From: an uncultured delta proteobacterium
Lineage (GTDB): Bacteria > Myxococcota_A > Polyangia > Polyangiales > Polyangiaceae
Length of the DNA stretch: 64,000 nucleotides
NCBI GenBank assembly: GCA_963806225.1
Contig: CAWDXG010000004.1
Span: 4,224,001-4,288,000, forward strand
Reading direction: 5' to 3'
Shown in pieces: positions 23,043 to 34,264 of this stretch. The notes beneath the pieces are model-generated. The model was given only the letters and a program-made list of their open reading frames with translations. It ran no database searches and had not been told where the DNA came from. The translations under genes were made by a program, and so were the position numbers. Numbering within the stretch: the stretch's first letter is position 1; every line of letters begins with the position of its first letter.

Positions 23043-24118
23043 CCCGAGCTCTCCCCGGAGAGCTCGCGGATCCGCACCCCGAGCTCGCCTTCCACGTTGA
23101 CCAGTTCGCCACGCGCGAGCTCGCGTCCCGCGACGCGCAGCACGACCGGCTCGCCGATCCGCCGCCCCGTCTCGATCACGTCGCCCGGCGCGAGCTCCGC
23201 CCACTTGCGTGCGCTCAGCGTCACCGCTCCGATCTCCACGCGAACCACGACGGGTGCGTCGAGAGCCGCTTCGCCCAGCGCGTCGACCCCGGTGTCGTCC
23301 GATTCGGCCATTGTCGCGTCTGCTCCCAGTGCGATGGTCTCGCCCCGTAGCACGATCCCGCCTCCGGGCGGGAACGTCACTCCGTAGCCGCTCTCGGCGT
23401 CGGGGCCTGCCAGAGCACCGTAGCCGGTCCCCGTAGCGTCGATCCACCAACCGTCGCCCGGCATCCAGGCGGCGCCGGGCGCAAGCTCTGCGAGCTCGGC
23501 GCGCGACGCAAGCGAGCGGGCGGCCACGAGGCACAGCGACACCTCGAGTCCGGCGAGCCGCTCGGGACGCGGTCGGACGGCTTCCCGCGTGGGTTCGGGC
23601 GGGATCCGGATCCACGTCGAGACGGCGTACGGGCTGTCGTCGACGAGCAGGGTGGCGTCCAGCTCGATGCCCGCCGCCTGGGTCGGGGGTCCCCGCCTTG
23701 TGGCAAGCGGCAGCGTGGTTCCGGCACGGCGGGCGACCTCGAGGGCCAGTGCCGACAGTGCGCCGGACAACGCCGGGTCGAGCGGTGCGTCCGGCGGCGC
23801 CAGCTGCACGGGCCGGCCCAGCGCGCGGGCGAGCACGGCTCCGGCCAGATCGCCATCGAGGTAGAGGTACAGCTCCGCCGAGCCATCGACCGGCTCGAGC
23901 CCGATCCGCACGCCGGTTCGCGACGGCGGCTGGGCGCGCGTGCGGATCCGGCGCACCACCAGCGCGGTCCGGGCGGAGAGCACCCCGGCCAGCGCCTCGC
24001 CGAGCCGCCCCGGATCGATCGCGCGCGCAAGCCGCCGGCGGGCGGCGGCGCCGGTGCGGACCGAGGCGCGGCTCTCAACGTCGAGCGTTTCCCAGGGATA
24101 GGGCGAGACCTGGCGCAT
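23039..24118 (-). CDS. FliM/FliN (SpoA domain), YscQ/HrcQ-like protein
   Basis: C-terminal VVVRVEIG...LAPGDVIE...ARGELVNVEGELGVRIREL. Confidence 0.8.
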   Translation of the reverse strand: MRQVSPYPWETLDVESRASVRTGAAARRRLARAIDPGRLGEALAGVLSARTALVVRRIRTRAQPPSRTGVRIGLEPVDGSAELYLYLDGDLAGAVLARALGRPVQLAPPDAPLDPALSGALSALALEVARRAGTTLPLATRRGPPTQAAGIELDATLLVDDSPYAVSTWIRIPPEPTREAVRPRPERLAGLEVSLCLVAARSLASRAELAELAPGAAWMPGDGWWIDATGTGYGALAGPDAESGYGVTFPPGGGIVLRGETIALGADATMAESDDTGVDALGEAALDAPVVVRVEIGAVTLSARKWAELAPGDVIETGRRIGEPVVLRVAGRELARGELVNVEGELGVRIRELSGESSG

Positions 24119-24430
24119 GGGCCGGCAATCCTAGCCGGCCTTGCCGGCAGGTCCCAGCCGCACGGGGCATCGAAACGGGCCAGGCCGGGCTGTCGCGGGC
24201 GGCCGCGCTTGCCGGGATATACCTAGTACTTTCCGCAGGATCAGCGGCGGCGGCCGATCCCGGAACGGGCACTTGTCCACAGGTAATCCCCACGTGTGGA
24301 TAGCTGCGTGATCTCCATGGGTTCCGCGCCAGGCTCCGAGCGATTCTGCAGGGAGTGCGCGGGCCCACGCGCCGCTGTTGGCGGCGGGCCGGTCTACCGT
24401 GGTAGCGTTTTCGCCGGAGGTTTCCGGTTC

Positions 24431-25072
24431 ATGCGCACACGCTGGCTAGCCATCCCTGTTGGTTTCTGCCTGTTGGCCCTTCCGTCCGTCGCTTCTGCCC
24501 AGGGCAACGCTGCGGGCACGAGCGCCGCCAAGGGCAACAGCGCGAACGGCAGCGCGGGCAAGGTGCGACGCGATCCGAACGGGATCAAGGGCATCAGCCC
24601 GTTCTGGGAGGCGCTCAAGAAGGGCGACGATTCGTACGTCGCGCGCGACTTCGACGGCGCCATCGCGGCGTATCGCGAGGCGATCACGAAGGAGCCGCAG
24701 AACGCGATGGGCCACTACCGCATGGGCGAAGCGCAGCTTGCGAAGGGCAACACGCAGGAAGCCGAAGCCTCGTGGGTCTCGGCGCTGCGCTTTGCCGGAA
24801 ACGACGCCGCGCTGAAAGCCAAGATCCTGTTCGTGCTCGCCGACCTCAGGGAGCGGCAGGGGTCGTACGACGACGCGACGGACATCTGGAACAAGTACGA
24901 GGCGCTGGCCAAGGAAAACCCCAAGGTGAAGACCTATCCCGAGTCCGCCGAGGACCGGAAGAAGGTGATCGCCACCTGGCAGAAGATGCTCACCGACTAC
25001 GGGGCGGTGAAGAAGCGCATCGCAGAGCGGCTCAAGGAAGCCGACGCCAAGGCGAAGAAGAACGCCAAGTAG
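24431..25072 (+). CDS. Secreted TPR protein
   Basis: Signal peptide, GAIAAYREAITKEPQNAMGHYRMGEA TPR motif. Confidence 0.75.
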   Translation: MRTRWLAIPVGFCLLALPSVASAQGNAAGTSAAKGNSANGSAGKVRRDPNGIKGISPFWEALKKGDDSYVARDFDGAIAAYREAITKEPQNAMGHYRMGEAQLAKGNTQEAEASWVSALRFAGNDAALKAKILFVLADLRERQGSYDDATDIWNKYEALAKENPKVKTYPESAEDRKKVIATWQKMLTDYGAVKKRIAERLKEADAKAKKNAK

Positions 25073-25081
25073 CCGGCGCGC

Positions 25082-28000
25082 CTAGCGCGCGCGGATCCGG
25101 ATGTTGCTCGACACGGCGTCGTCGGCCTGGCGCGCGAACTGCACGAAGGCCGGGTAGTCCGCCGGCTGGATGCGTCCCGCGGGGATGTCGATCACGCGAT
25201 CGAGCACCAGAGCGCCGTTCTGGAACGAGTCCTTGACGACCACCGAGCGGTCGGCGTTCCTGAGCGTGCCCGGCGCGAGCGTGCTCTCGATGCGCGCGCC
25301 CTTCGGCAGCTGGATCGTGAGTCGTACTTCCTGATGCGTGGCCTCGCCGATCAAGAGCGGCGTCTGGCGCGCGGGCAGGGTCGTAAGCTGGCTGATGCGC
25401 GGCGCAAACGGAGGCGAGACGACCAGGCTGTTGCCGCTCTGCTGCGCGAACCCGCTCATCGTGGCCTGGGTCTGGATCACCAGCGGCGCGTCGAGATCGT
25501 CGCGGTGCTCGATGGAGTAGTGGTCGAGGCGTGCACCGCGCAGCGCGCGGCCGAGCAGTCGCGACTCGATCACGTCGTGCAGACGTCCCTCCGGCAGCTG
25601 TGAAAGGACGCTCCTGAGCGCCATGGCGTACTTGCCGTAGAAGCTCTGCGAGAGCTGGATCTTTGCCGAGCCGTCGGCGGCGAGCTGGACGGTGCCCTGG
25701 TAGACGACGCTATCCTGCGTCCCGCTGGCGGGCGTGGTGAGCTCCTTCGGGTGGTCGCTGCCGAGCAGGTACGCCGTCGTGCCGCGCAGCTCCGCCGGGA
25801 CATAGCCGAAGGGCGCGTACTTGCTGCTGACGGTGAGCCATACCGGGCCCTTGTCGCCTTCCAGACGCAGGACCGGATCGGTAAACTGTCCAGCCTTCGA
25901 GATGGGACCCACGGGCGGAGAAACGAGGCGATTTTTCGCGATGGCGTAGCGGACCGGGATGCCGAGCGAGCGGCACAGCGTCATGAAGCCCCGCCAGCGA
26001 TTGCCATGCTTGCCGATGACGACGCGGCGTCCGTCGGATTCGGCGCCGGTTTCCACGTTGGCGAGCACCCAGCGATACAACCTCAGCGCCTGCTCGGTGC
26101 GCGCGGTGGCCGGCACTCCCTTGGTGATGCTGTGCGCGATGCGCGTGATGCGGGGATCGACCGGCGTCACCACGGCGACCGAGTCGCCGAGGCTTCTCAG
26201 GCGCTGTTCCAGGTCGATGCCCCAGCCGACCTGCACACTGGGCAAAAACTCGGTGATCGGCGCGCTGTTCGGTTCCACCGGAGCCGCCGGGCTGAAGTCC
26301 ACCCGCCAGCGGCGCGTTACCAGCCCGGGCTGGCGGGTGACTGCGGGCGCGGGCACGTTGCCGTGCGTCTCGACGATGAGCTTCTTGTCCTCAGGCGTGA
26401 TCACCACGAACTCGCTGCGCGCGTAGGCGATATTCTGCTCGCGGAAGAACCAGTGCGGACCGAGGTAGTGCTGGCCGTGCTGGCCGTCACCCTGCGTGCT
26501 GGTGATGTGCTCGGTCTCGATGTAGTCGCCCACTTCCAGATGCGGGAACGTCACCGTCGGTTTTCCCGCGACGAGCTCGGGCTGCAGGATGCGGCCGTCC
26601 TTCTTGATGACGCGCATGTGCAGGATGAGGCCTGCGGGTCGCCGCTCTTCGCTCAGCTTGCTGACGGCCTCCGCGCTCTGGATGCGGATGATCTCGTGCT
26701 CGAGCAGACGGCTGGAGCCGTCCGAATGGACCCACACGGCGGAGTAGTCGAGGATGCGGGCGGCGGTACCGGGCATGTGCCGCCCGCTCTTCTCGTAGGC
26801 GTGGATGATCGGCATGGCGTCGAGCCGGTACGGAGCCAGCTCGCTCATGCCCTCCACCAGGTCGAGGGCGTCCTTGAGCTGCGCGCTGTTCGCGCCCTTC
26901 ACCACCGCCTCCACCAGGGCCTTCTGGAGGGCGCCGTGCTTGCCCGCCGCATACTCGGCATCGGCCAGCGCCAGGCGCGCGCTGCCGCTCTTCGGCTTCT
27001 GCTTGATGGCCTCTTCGAGCTTCTTCCACGTCTCGCTGGCGTTGCCCGCGCGCACCATCACGTCGTAGACGCGCTCGGCGATGTCCTTGCGCTCGGGGCG
27101 CCGCTTGCCGATGCGCTTGAGCTCGGCGAGGGCCGTCGTGTAGTCCTCGCGGGCCAGCGCGCGGGTGAGCACGATCTCGTTGTCCGGATCGAGCTTGTGG
27201 ATGCGTCGCACGAGCTCGTCGGCCTTCTTCGTCTCGCCGATGGAGTCGTAGACCTCCACGCCGACGCCCAGCACGTCCACGTCGCGCGGAAAGCGCTTCA
27301 CCATGCGCTTGACCGCGCTGACGTACTCGGTCTCCCATCCGAGCTGGGCGTACAGCCTGGACAGCGCGCTCAGCACCGCGGGCACTTCGGGGAAGGAATC
27401 GACCAGTGCCTTGACCCGGGCTACTCCCGACGCCGCTCCGGCGCGCTGGACTTCCCACAGCGCCAGGGCCAGCTCGGGCCTCCAGAGCCCGGGATCCTTG
27501 GCGACCGCGCGCTCATGCAGCGCGCGCACCAGGTCCTTGGCCTGCGTCGAATCGAAAATCGGATCGTCGTCGATGAAGCTGGCTGCGAGGCTCAGCGACG
27601 CGCCCGTGGCGCTCGGCGGATCCTCGACCAAGGGCTCGATCCAGACCGAGGCCACATCGCCTTGCCCTTCCACATCCGTCAGGTAGGCGCCGATGTAGCG
27701 GAGCAGGTCGTCGTCCGGGTCGACGACGTTATCGTCCTTGATGTAGCGGTCGACAATGTTCGGATCGCGCGTCACGCGCGGCGGCACGATCGAGTAGGGC
27801 GCCGACGCGTCCGTGCTGCCCTCGGCGCGGTAGGGTCGCCCGTCCGGATACAGCACGCGAATGGAGGTTTCGGGATCGGCGAGCCTCACCAGGATGCGGT
27901 GCCGGCCCTTGTCGAGCCAGAGCTGGGTGCCGAAGTGCGGCCAGTTGCCCCAGACGCGCGGATCGCGATCGGCCACCAGCTTGTCGTCCACCCACATCGC

Positions 28001-28865
28001 CAGCATGCCCTGCGCGGCCAGCATGAGCTCCTGGGCCGACGCCAGGTCGACGTAGGTTTCCGCGTAGAATATGCCGCCCGTCACCGGCTCGTCGGCGCCT
28101 ACGTAGCAGCCGTGGCGCTTTGTCGTGAGCACGTGCGGCGCGTGCCCGATGCCCGGCTCCGGGTCCCACTGGGCCGGCCACGGGCCGGGCTCTTCGGCCG
28201 GGAAATGACGGTACGCATCCGCCGTGGCGCCGCGACCGAAAGGACCTGCGAGCCGGAGGTTCTTCACGCAGCCGAACTGCTCCGCGGACAGGTCCTCGAC
28301 GTTCCTCTTCGCTGCTTCGTAGGCCTCGTTCGCCCACCAGTCGACGAGCTCGCCCCGGGCGCGCCAGCCCATACCGAGCGGCGCCTTCATCGCGTCCGCC
28401 ACGAACGGCTTCCAGCGCTTGTACAGGTCCGGGGCGTTGTCGCGCAGCACCATCGCCTTGTGTGCGGCGAACCACGCGATGAACGGCGCGCGCGGAATCC
28501 TTCGAGACCCGGGCCGCCTTGGTCGCGCCGAGGAAGTGGTCGGGCGCGCTCCTGAGCCGGCCGTGGGTCGAGTCGTCGAGGCCGCGCGCCAGCTCCGCCA
28601 GCATCCCCTTGCCGCCCAGCTGGTCGAGCCGCTTGCGCGCGCGCACCGCCTGCTTGGCATCACCCCCCGGGGAGATCAGCTCGCCCAGCAGCCAGCGGGC
28701 CACTACGTCTGGATCGCGGCTCGACTGCCCCTTGTCCCTGAGCGAGGACAGCGCCGGCTGCGCGCTTCCTGCTCCGCGCGTGCCGCCGCAGGAAGCCAAC
28801 GTCAGCGCCAGAAGGGCCAGCGTGATCACGGCGAGCAGACGCCAGCACGTTGCCCGGCTCTTCAC
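25082..28865 (-). CDS. Large TPR + DUF3857/transglutaminase-like lipoprotein (frameshift near 28500)
   Basis: N-terminal lipobox LASC in one frame continues into the 1193-aa ORF; LEVGDYIE DUF3857-like motif; paralogous to upstream gene. Confidence 0.7.
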
Positions 28866-31800
28866 GGCTTCACCACCAGACGCGGTGTGAGCGCGCGGTC
28901 CACCTCCGCGCAGAACTTCTTCCACGCGGCGTATTCAGCCGGGGTGACCCGGTTCACCTTGATGGCAACGCGGCTCTTGACGGTGACCTGGCCGTTCTTC
29001 TGCTCGACCTTCACCGAGTACGAACCGAAGCGCGTATCGCCGGAAGCCGCCGGCGGCGCGGAGACGACCTTCGCGCCGGGCGGCAGCTTGACCACGAACG
29101 TGTCGTCGCGCGTGGGGAAAGCGAGGATGCGCACGTCCAGCTTGCGCCTGGACAGCGACGCGTAGGTCGGGGTCAGGCGGAACTTGGTCGTCACCGCCAT
29201 GCTGAGCTGATCGCCTTCCTTGCGGGCAAATCCCTGCGCCTTGCCCCGCACCCCGAGCTTCACGGGCTTTTCGAGATCCTGCAGATCACTGGTGACGATA
29301 CCCTGCTTGCCCGCCTGGATCGTGAACCCGGGGAACTCGCGGCCGAGGTCGTTGTTGATGCGCTCGCGGCGGGTTGCGTCCGCGTGGTAGCGCCGGCGCC
29401 ATTCCGCGGCGCTCGTTCCGCGTGTCACGTAGGACAGGTCGAGCCGGGCGTCGCCGTTCTGCGAGAGCACCGCCGTCGCGTCCCGTTCGATCACGTTCTT
29501 CGCCGGATCCGCCTTCGGCAGGTGGACCAGCTGGGCGTTCCCCTGGTTGACCTGCAGAGCGAGTGCGCCGCGATCCATCTTCGGCAGCTCGGTCGAGCCG
29601 GTGTACTCGGCCGTTCCGTCCAGATACAGATCGAGCGACGGGACATAGACGATCGCGTGATCGAAGGGCGCGAAGCTCGCGACCTTGGAGTGGAAGTCGC
29701 CGCGGAGCTGGGTGCGCACGATCACGATCGTGCTCTTGATGCCGACCGCCTCGAGCAACGTCGACAGCGCCGTCGCCTTGTCCTTGCAGTCGCCCCAGCC
29801 GCGCGCGACCGTCTGGACGCAGCGGTGCGGTTTGAAGCCGTAGATGCCGAACTCCAGCGCCACGTAGCGCGTGTTGGTAACGATCCAGTCGTAGAGCGCT
29901 TCGACCTTGTCGGCGTCGGTCGTCTTGCCCTTGATGATGTCGTTGGCCAGCTTGCGCGTCGCGTCGTCGAGGTCGAACTGATCCTTGATCAGGCCCCAGT
30001 ACCACTTTCCGAGCTGTTTCCAGGTCTTGTAGGTGGAAACGTGGACGAAGCCGAGCACCTCCGGCCAGGGCGGCATGGCCGGCTCGGGCTCGACCGCCGG
30101 CACGTTGGTCGCGGAAAAGTCGTAGATGCGCTGACTGTCCTTGAGCTGGACCGTCTTCTTCAGGCCGTGCAGGTTCTCGTCGATGTAGAACGAGCGTTTC
30201 TTCGGCGTGATGAGCACGTACTCGGAGCTTCCGATGGGCTCGCTCGATTGCATGTAGTGCACGTCGCCGAAGTAGTCCGCGAACTCGTTCTGCGGCGTCA
30301 CGTCGTCGATGCGGTAGCGCAGCTCCACCACGTCACCCGGCTCCAGGCGTGGCAGCTGTACGTAGAAGTTGCGCGCGGAGGTGTACATCGAGATGGACGG
30401 ATCGTTCGCAGCGGCCTCGCCCGACTCGATGGCCTCGTCGACGCGGCCGTCCTTGCGGAACACCTTCGCTCCGCGAAGCTGCACGACCTGCGTATCCGCC
30501 TGGTACTGGAAGCTGTACTGCCGCCCCATGGCCGCCGCCGCGTCGGTCAGCGGCTGGAAGACGACCTGACGGAACTTGCTGGAGAGCCCGTTCTCGTAGA
30601 CGGTGGTGACCGTCAGATCGCGCAGCGTGCGGCGGTTTTCCCCCGCCGCCGGAGCATTGCGCAGCTTGAGGAAGCGCTTCGGCTTCCAGGCGTAGGCCTC
30701 GTCCTGCCGCGCCTTGGGCGGATTGATGTGCTCGACGTACTCCCGCACGTCGCGATCCTGCGGGCGGATCTCCAGAATGCGTCGGAGCAGCGCCAGCTGC
30801 TGTTCGCGCCTGCCGAGCTCTCCTTGCAGGTCGGCGAGCGTGCGCAGCGTGCCCACATCCTCGGGCGCCAGCGCGAGCGCGCGCTGGTACGTCGCCACGG
30901 CGCGCTCGCCCTCGCCGAACCGGCGGTAGGTCCGTGCCGCGACCCCGAGCGCCCACAGGCTGTCCGGCGCCACGTCGAGCAGCCGCGCCGTCCAGCGTTC
31001 GGCCGCCGGGCGGTTCCGCCGTGCCACGCCGAGCTCGATCATCTGGTCGATGAAGCTGCGGTCGTCGAAGCGCAGTGAAGCGTAGCGGTCCTCGACCTCG
31101 GCGGCGTGCGTGTCGCGCCCCAGTGCACGGAGCTGCGACGCGTACATGTTGAGCAGGTTCACCGAGTGCGGGCGGCGCTCCAGCGCGCGCGAGAGCGTGG
31201 CCAGCGCCGTGCGCTTCAGGCCGGCCTCGTTGTACAGCTCCACGCGCCCGTGGATGGCCGTCGTGTTGTCCGGCTCGAGCGCCAGCACCTTGTCGTAGAA
31301 GGGAAAGGCGCTCTGCCAGTTGGGGCTTTCGCGCGCCAGCCTCGCCTGTGCCAGCAGCACCTCCACCCGCTCCGGAGCCGCCACCTTCTGCTTGTCGGCG
31401 AGCTTGACCGCCTTCTTGACCCACTCCGCGCGCTGGTTGTGATCCTCGGCGAGCTGACCGGCGAGCAGCAGGCGGCGCACCGTCGGTGCCTTCTCCGCCG
31501 CACGTCGTGCCAGGTCCCGGGCCTCGTGCACGGTGGGGTCGTCCCCGCTGGTGGCCACCAGGTAGCGGGAGAAGTCTTCCAGATCACCGGCGGCCGGGTG
31601 CTTCTTCGAGGTCCGCTGCTGGAATGCCTGCAGCGGACCCTGCACGCCGTGCGCGATCGCCTTCGGCTTGTGCTTGCCGGCGTGGAGCTTCTTGACCAGC
31701 CTTGCCGCCGCGACGCTGTCCGTGATCCGGTTCGAGAGCTCGAGCTTCGCGTCGGGTGCTCCGCGCGCGTCTCCCAGGCGGAGCGAGGCGATCGGGGCCG

Positions 31801-32569
31801 TCTTGTCGCCGCATAGCTTGAGGGTGAGGTTGTTCAGCCCCGGCTCGAGCTGGACCGTTGCCGCCATGCGATCGGCGTCGTGGCCCCGGTAGGCCTTGTC
31901 CTCGAGCACCTGCTCGCCGTTCCAGAACAGCTTGAACGCGCCCGAAGTGCCCACCCAGGCGCTGATGCGCCGCGGTGCGCGCGACCCCTTCGACGCCCGC
32001 ACGAAGGTCGTCGCGAACACGCACACCTTCTCGACCGGCCGGACCAGCGCGCCGGTGTCGAGCCAGCCGTACGGGAACGCATCTGGCACCGCGCGCCAGC
32101 GCACCGGCCGCTGCTTGCCGGTGTAGGCCCGCCCCGGCACGATCGCCTTGTCGAAGTCGAGCTCGGGTGGGAGCTGCGTCTTCAGCCCCGCCTTGCCGTC
32201 GTTGTCGAAGGGCCCCACCACCAGCCAACGGTCGACGAAGCCGAGCTCCTTGATGCGCTCGCGCGCGGCGTGCAGGTCGCCGCGACGGTTCTTGCCGTAG
32301 GCAGCGAGCAGCCCCGCGTACGCCCGGACCGGCGGTGACAGCCGGCGATCCTGCGACGCGGCGAGCAGCGCCTCCTCCACGTGAGCGGGATCGGCGTGGT
32401 TCCAGGTGCCCCACACCCGACGGAGTGCGGCGTAGGCTTCCGGACCGCGGGCGGCATCCAGCCGAGTCACGGCCTGATTCAGGTCGTGGTCGAATTCTGC
32501 GACCTGGGCCCCCGCGTGCGGGGCCAGGCAGAGCAGCACCGCCAGGAGCGCCAGAACGGAGTACTTCAC
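28862..32569 (-). CDS. TPR + DUF3857 + transglutaminase-like protein
   Basis: Signal peptide, TPRs, LEPGDVVELRY, RYVALEFG, GDCKDKA, FDHAI, YLDGT. Confidence 0.85.
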   Translation of the reverse strand: MKYSVLALLAVLLCLAPHAGAQVAEFDHDLNQAVTRLDAARGPEAYAALRRVWGTWNHADPAHVEEALLAASQDRRLSPPVRAYAGLLAAYGKNRRGDLHAARERIKELGFVDRWLVVGPFDNDGKAGLKTQLPPELDFDKAIVPGRAYTGKQRPVRWRAVPDAFPYGWLDTGALVRPVEKVCVFATTFVRASKGSRAPRRISAWVGTSGAFKLFWNGEQVLEDKAYRGHDADRMAATVQLEPGLNNLTLKLCGDKTAPIASLRLGDARGAPDAKLELSNRITDSVAAARLVKKLHAGKHKPKAIAHGVQGPLQAFQQRTSKKHPAAGDLEDFSRYLVATSGDDPTVHEARDLARRAAEKAPTVRRLLLAGQLAEDHNQRAEWVKKAVKLADKQKVAAPERVEVLLAQARLARESPNWQSAFPFYDKVLALEPDNTTAIHGRVELYNEAGLKRTALATLSRALERRPHSVNLLNMYASQLRALGRDTHAAEVEDRYASLRFDDRSFIDQMIELGVARRNRPAAERWTARLLDVAPDSLWALGVAARTYRRFGEGERAVATYQRALALAPEDVGTLRTLADLQGELGRREQQLALLRRILEIRPQDRDVREYVEHINPPKARQDEAYAWKPKRFLKLRNAPAAGENRRTLRDLTVTTVYENGLSSKFRQVVFQPLTDAAAAMGRQYSFQYQADTQVVQLRGAKVFRKDGRVDEAIESGEAAANDPSISMYTSARNFYVQLPRLEPGDVVELRYRIDDVTPQNEFADYFGDVHYMQSSEPIGSSEYVLITPKKRSFYIDENLHGLKKTVQLKDSQRIYDFSATNVPAVEPEPAMPPWPEVLGFVHVSTYKTWKQLGKWYWGLIKDQFDLDDATRKLANDIIKGKTTDADKVEALYDWIVTNTRYVALEFGIYGFKPHRCVQTVARGWGDCKDKATALSTLLEAVGIKSTIVIVRTQLRGDFHSKVASFAPFDHAIVYVPSLDLYLDGTAEYTGSTELPKMDRGALALQVNQGNAQLVHLPKADPAKNVIERDATAVLSQNGDARLDLSYVTRGTSAAEWRRRYHADATRRERINNDLGREFPGFTIQAGKQGIVTSDLQDLEKPVKLGVRGKAQGFARKEGDQLSMAVTTKFRLTPTYASLSRRKLDVRILAFPTRDDTFVVKLPPGAKVVSAPPAASGDTRFGSYSVKVEQKNGQVTVKSRVAIKVNRVTPAEYAAWKKFCAEVDRALTPRLVVKP

Positions 32570-32928
32570 GACCGGCCCGCTCCCTCCTTAGCTGGTCGGG
32601 ACTGCGCCCGCAAACGAGAAAGGCGCCGGGAGCGACGCTCGGGCGCGCGCGTCCAGTGAGCCCGCCTCCGCGGGCCCTCCGGCCGGGGCCGGGCGCCCGA
32701 CCTTTCGCCTCGTCCGATCAGGAAATTCCATGCCGCGCTTGCTGGGTTCGTGGCGCTCATATAGAAGAGTCTGACGTCAAGCGAACTCGATCCCCTTCGC
32801 GCGCAGAGGCGTTGTCGACAGGGGCTGTCCGCTCCGCCCGACTGGCCAGACTCGAAGAGGCGGGTGGACCGGGCTCGGTAGAGACCTCTTTACCGGCTCG
32901 GGCTATCGAGGAAGCGTTGGAGGCTCGG

Positions 32929-33411
32929 ATGGTCAACCCGCAGATGGTGATGTACGAAGAGGAGTTCAACCAGATCCAGGCGGTCGTGGACCGTCTGGTG
33001 AGGGAAGCGAACGCCAAGGTCGTCTTCATCGTCGACAAGAACGGTCAGCTCATTGCGGCGAGTGGAGAAGTCGACAACATCGACACCACGTCCCTCGCCT
33101 CGCTCACTGCCGGCAACATCGCCGCAACCGGGGGCATAGCAAAGCTCCTCCGCGAGAACGAGTTCGCGACGCAGTTCCACGAAGGCGAAAATGCCAACAT
33201 CCACATCCAGCTCGTCGGCAACCGGGTCATCCTGGTGGTCATCTTCGATTCGAAGTCGAGCCTGGGTCTGGTGAGGCTCCGGGTGCGCAAAGCCAGCGAC
33301 GAGCTGAACCGGATCTTCGAATCGTTACTCAGCAAGGTCCAGGAGCCGGGCGGTGACTCGCCGTTCGCAGAGATCACCGACGAGGATATCGACAACCTGT
33401 TCAACGACTGA
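32929..33411 (+). CDS. mglB: Roadblock/LC7 GTPase-activating protein MglB
   Basis: MVMYEEEF...VDKNGQLIA...[12 protein letters not shown]...SLGLVRLR...[14 protein letters not shown]; directly upstream of mglA. Confidence 0.95.
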   Translation: MVNPQMVMYEEEFNQIQAVVDRLVREANAKVVFIVDKNGQLIAASGEVDNIDTTSLASLTAGNIAATGGIAKLLRENEFATQFHEGENANIHIQLVGNRVILVVIFDSKSSLGLVRLRVRKASDELNRIFESLLSKVQEPGGDSPFAEITDEDIDNLFND

Positions 33412-33422
33412 GGCGCCGGGCG

Positions 33423-34010
33423 ATGAGCTTCATCAACTACATGGCCCGGGAGATCAACTGCAAGATCGTCTACTACGGTCCCGGCCTCTGCGGGAAAACG
33501 ACGAACCTGCAGTACATCTACGAACGGACCAATCCGGACGCCAAGGGCAAGATGATCTCCCTGGCGACGGAGACGGAGCGCACGCTATTCTTCGACTTCC
33601 TGCCGCTGTCGCTGGGTGAAATCCGCGGTTTCAAGACCCGCTTCCACCTGTACACGGTGCCGGGCCAGGTCTTCTACGACGCCAGCCGCAAGCTGATCCT
33701 CAAGGGCGTCGATGGCGTCATCTTCGTCGCCGACTCGCAGATCGAGCGCCTCGAAGCGAACCAGGAGAGCGTGGAGAACCTGCGCACCAACCTGGCCGAG
33801 CAGGGCTACTCGCTCGAGAAGATCCCGTACGTCGTGCAGTACAACAAGCGCGACCTGCCGAACATCGTGCCGGTGGAGGAGCTGCGTGAGCTCCTGAATC
33901 CCATGCGCGTGCCGGACTTCGAGGCTGTGGCGCGTTCCGGCGGCGGCGTGTTCGACACGCTCAAGGCGGTGAGCAAGCTCGTGCTCACCGAGCTCAAGCG
34001 CGGCGGTTGA
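33423..34010 (+). CDS. mglA: Gliding-motility small GTPase MglA
   Basis: MSFINY...[16 protein letters not shown]...ERTLFFDF...YTVPGQVFY...NKRD. Confidence 0.97.
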   Translation: MSFINYMAREINCKIVYYGPGLCGKTTNLQYIYERTNPDAKGKMISLATETERTLFFDFLPLSLGEIRGFKTRFHLYTVPGQVFYDASRKLILKGVDGVIFVADSQIERLEANQESVENLRTNLAEQGYSLEKIPYVVQYNKRDLPNIVPVEELRELLNPMRVPDFEAVARSGGGVFDTLKAVSKLVLTELKRGG

Positions 34011-34264
34011 GCCCGGGCTCGGCGTTCTGGCGGAAGGCTCCGGGCTCCGGGTGGGTCCTGGCAGCCGCTTTGCGGCGCTGATCGGTCCCTGGACGGACCC
34101 CCTTCGCGCCTTGGCGACGCCTGCTCGGCAGGGCCGCGCGTGCCGCGCGGATTGAACAGTTCCGCTGACGGCAAATGCCTGAAAAGGTGCGTGATCCGGC
34201 CAGCAAAATGGCGCATCCTCTGGACAGGGACCGGCTGGCCGGTCCAGCCAAGCGGAGGCTTGAT

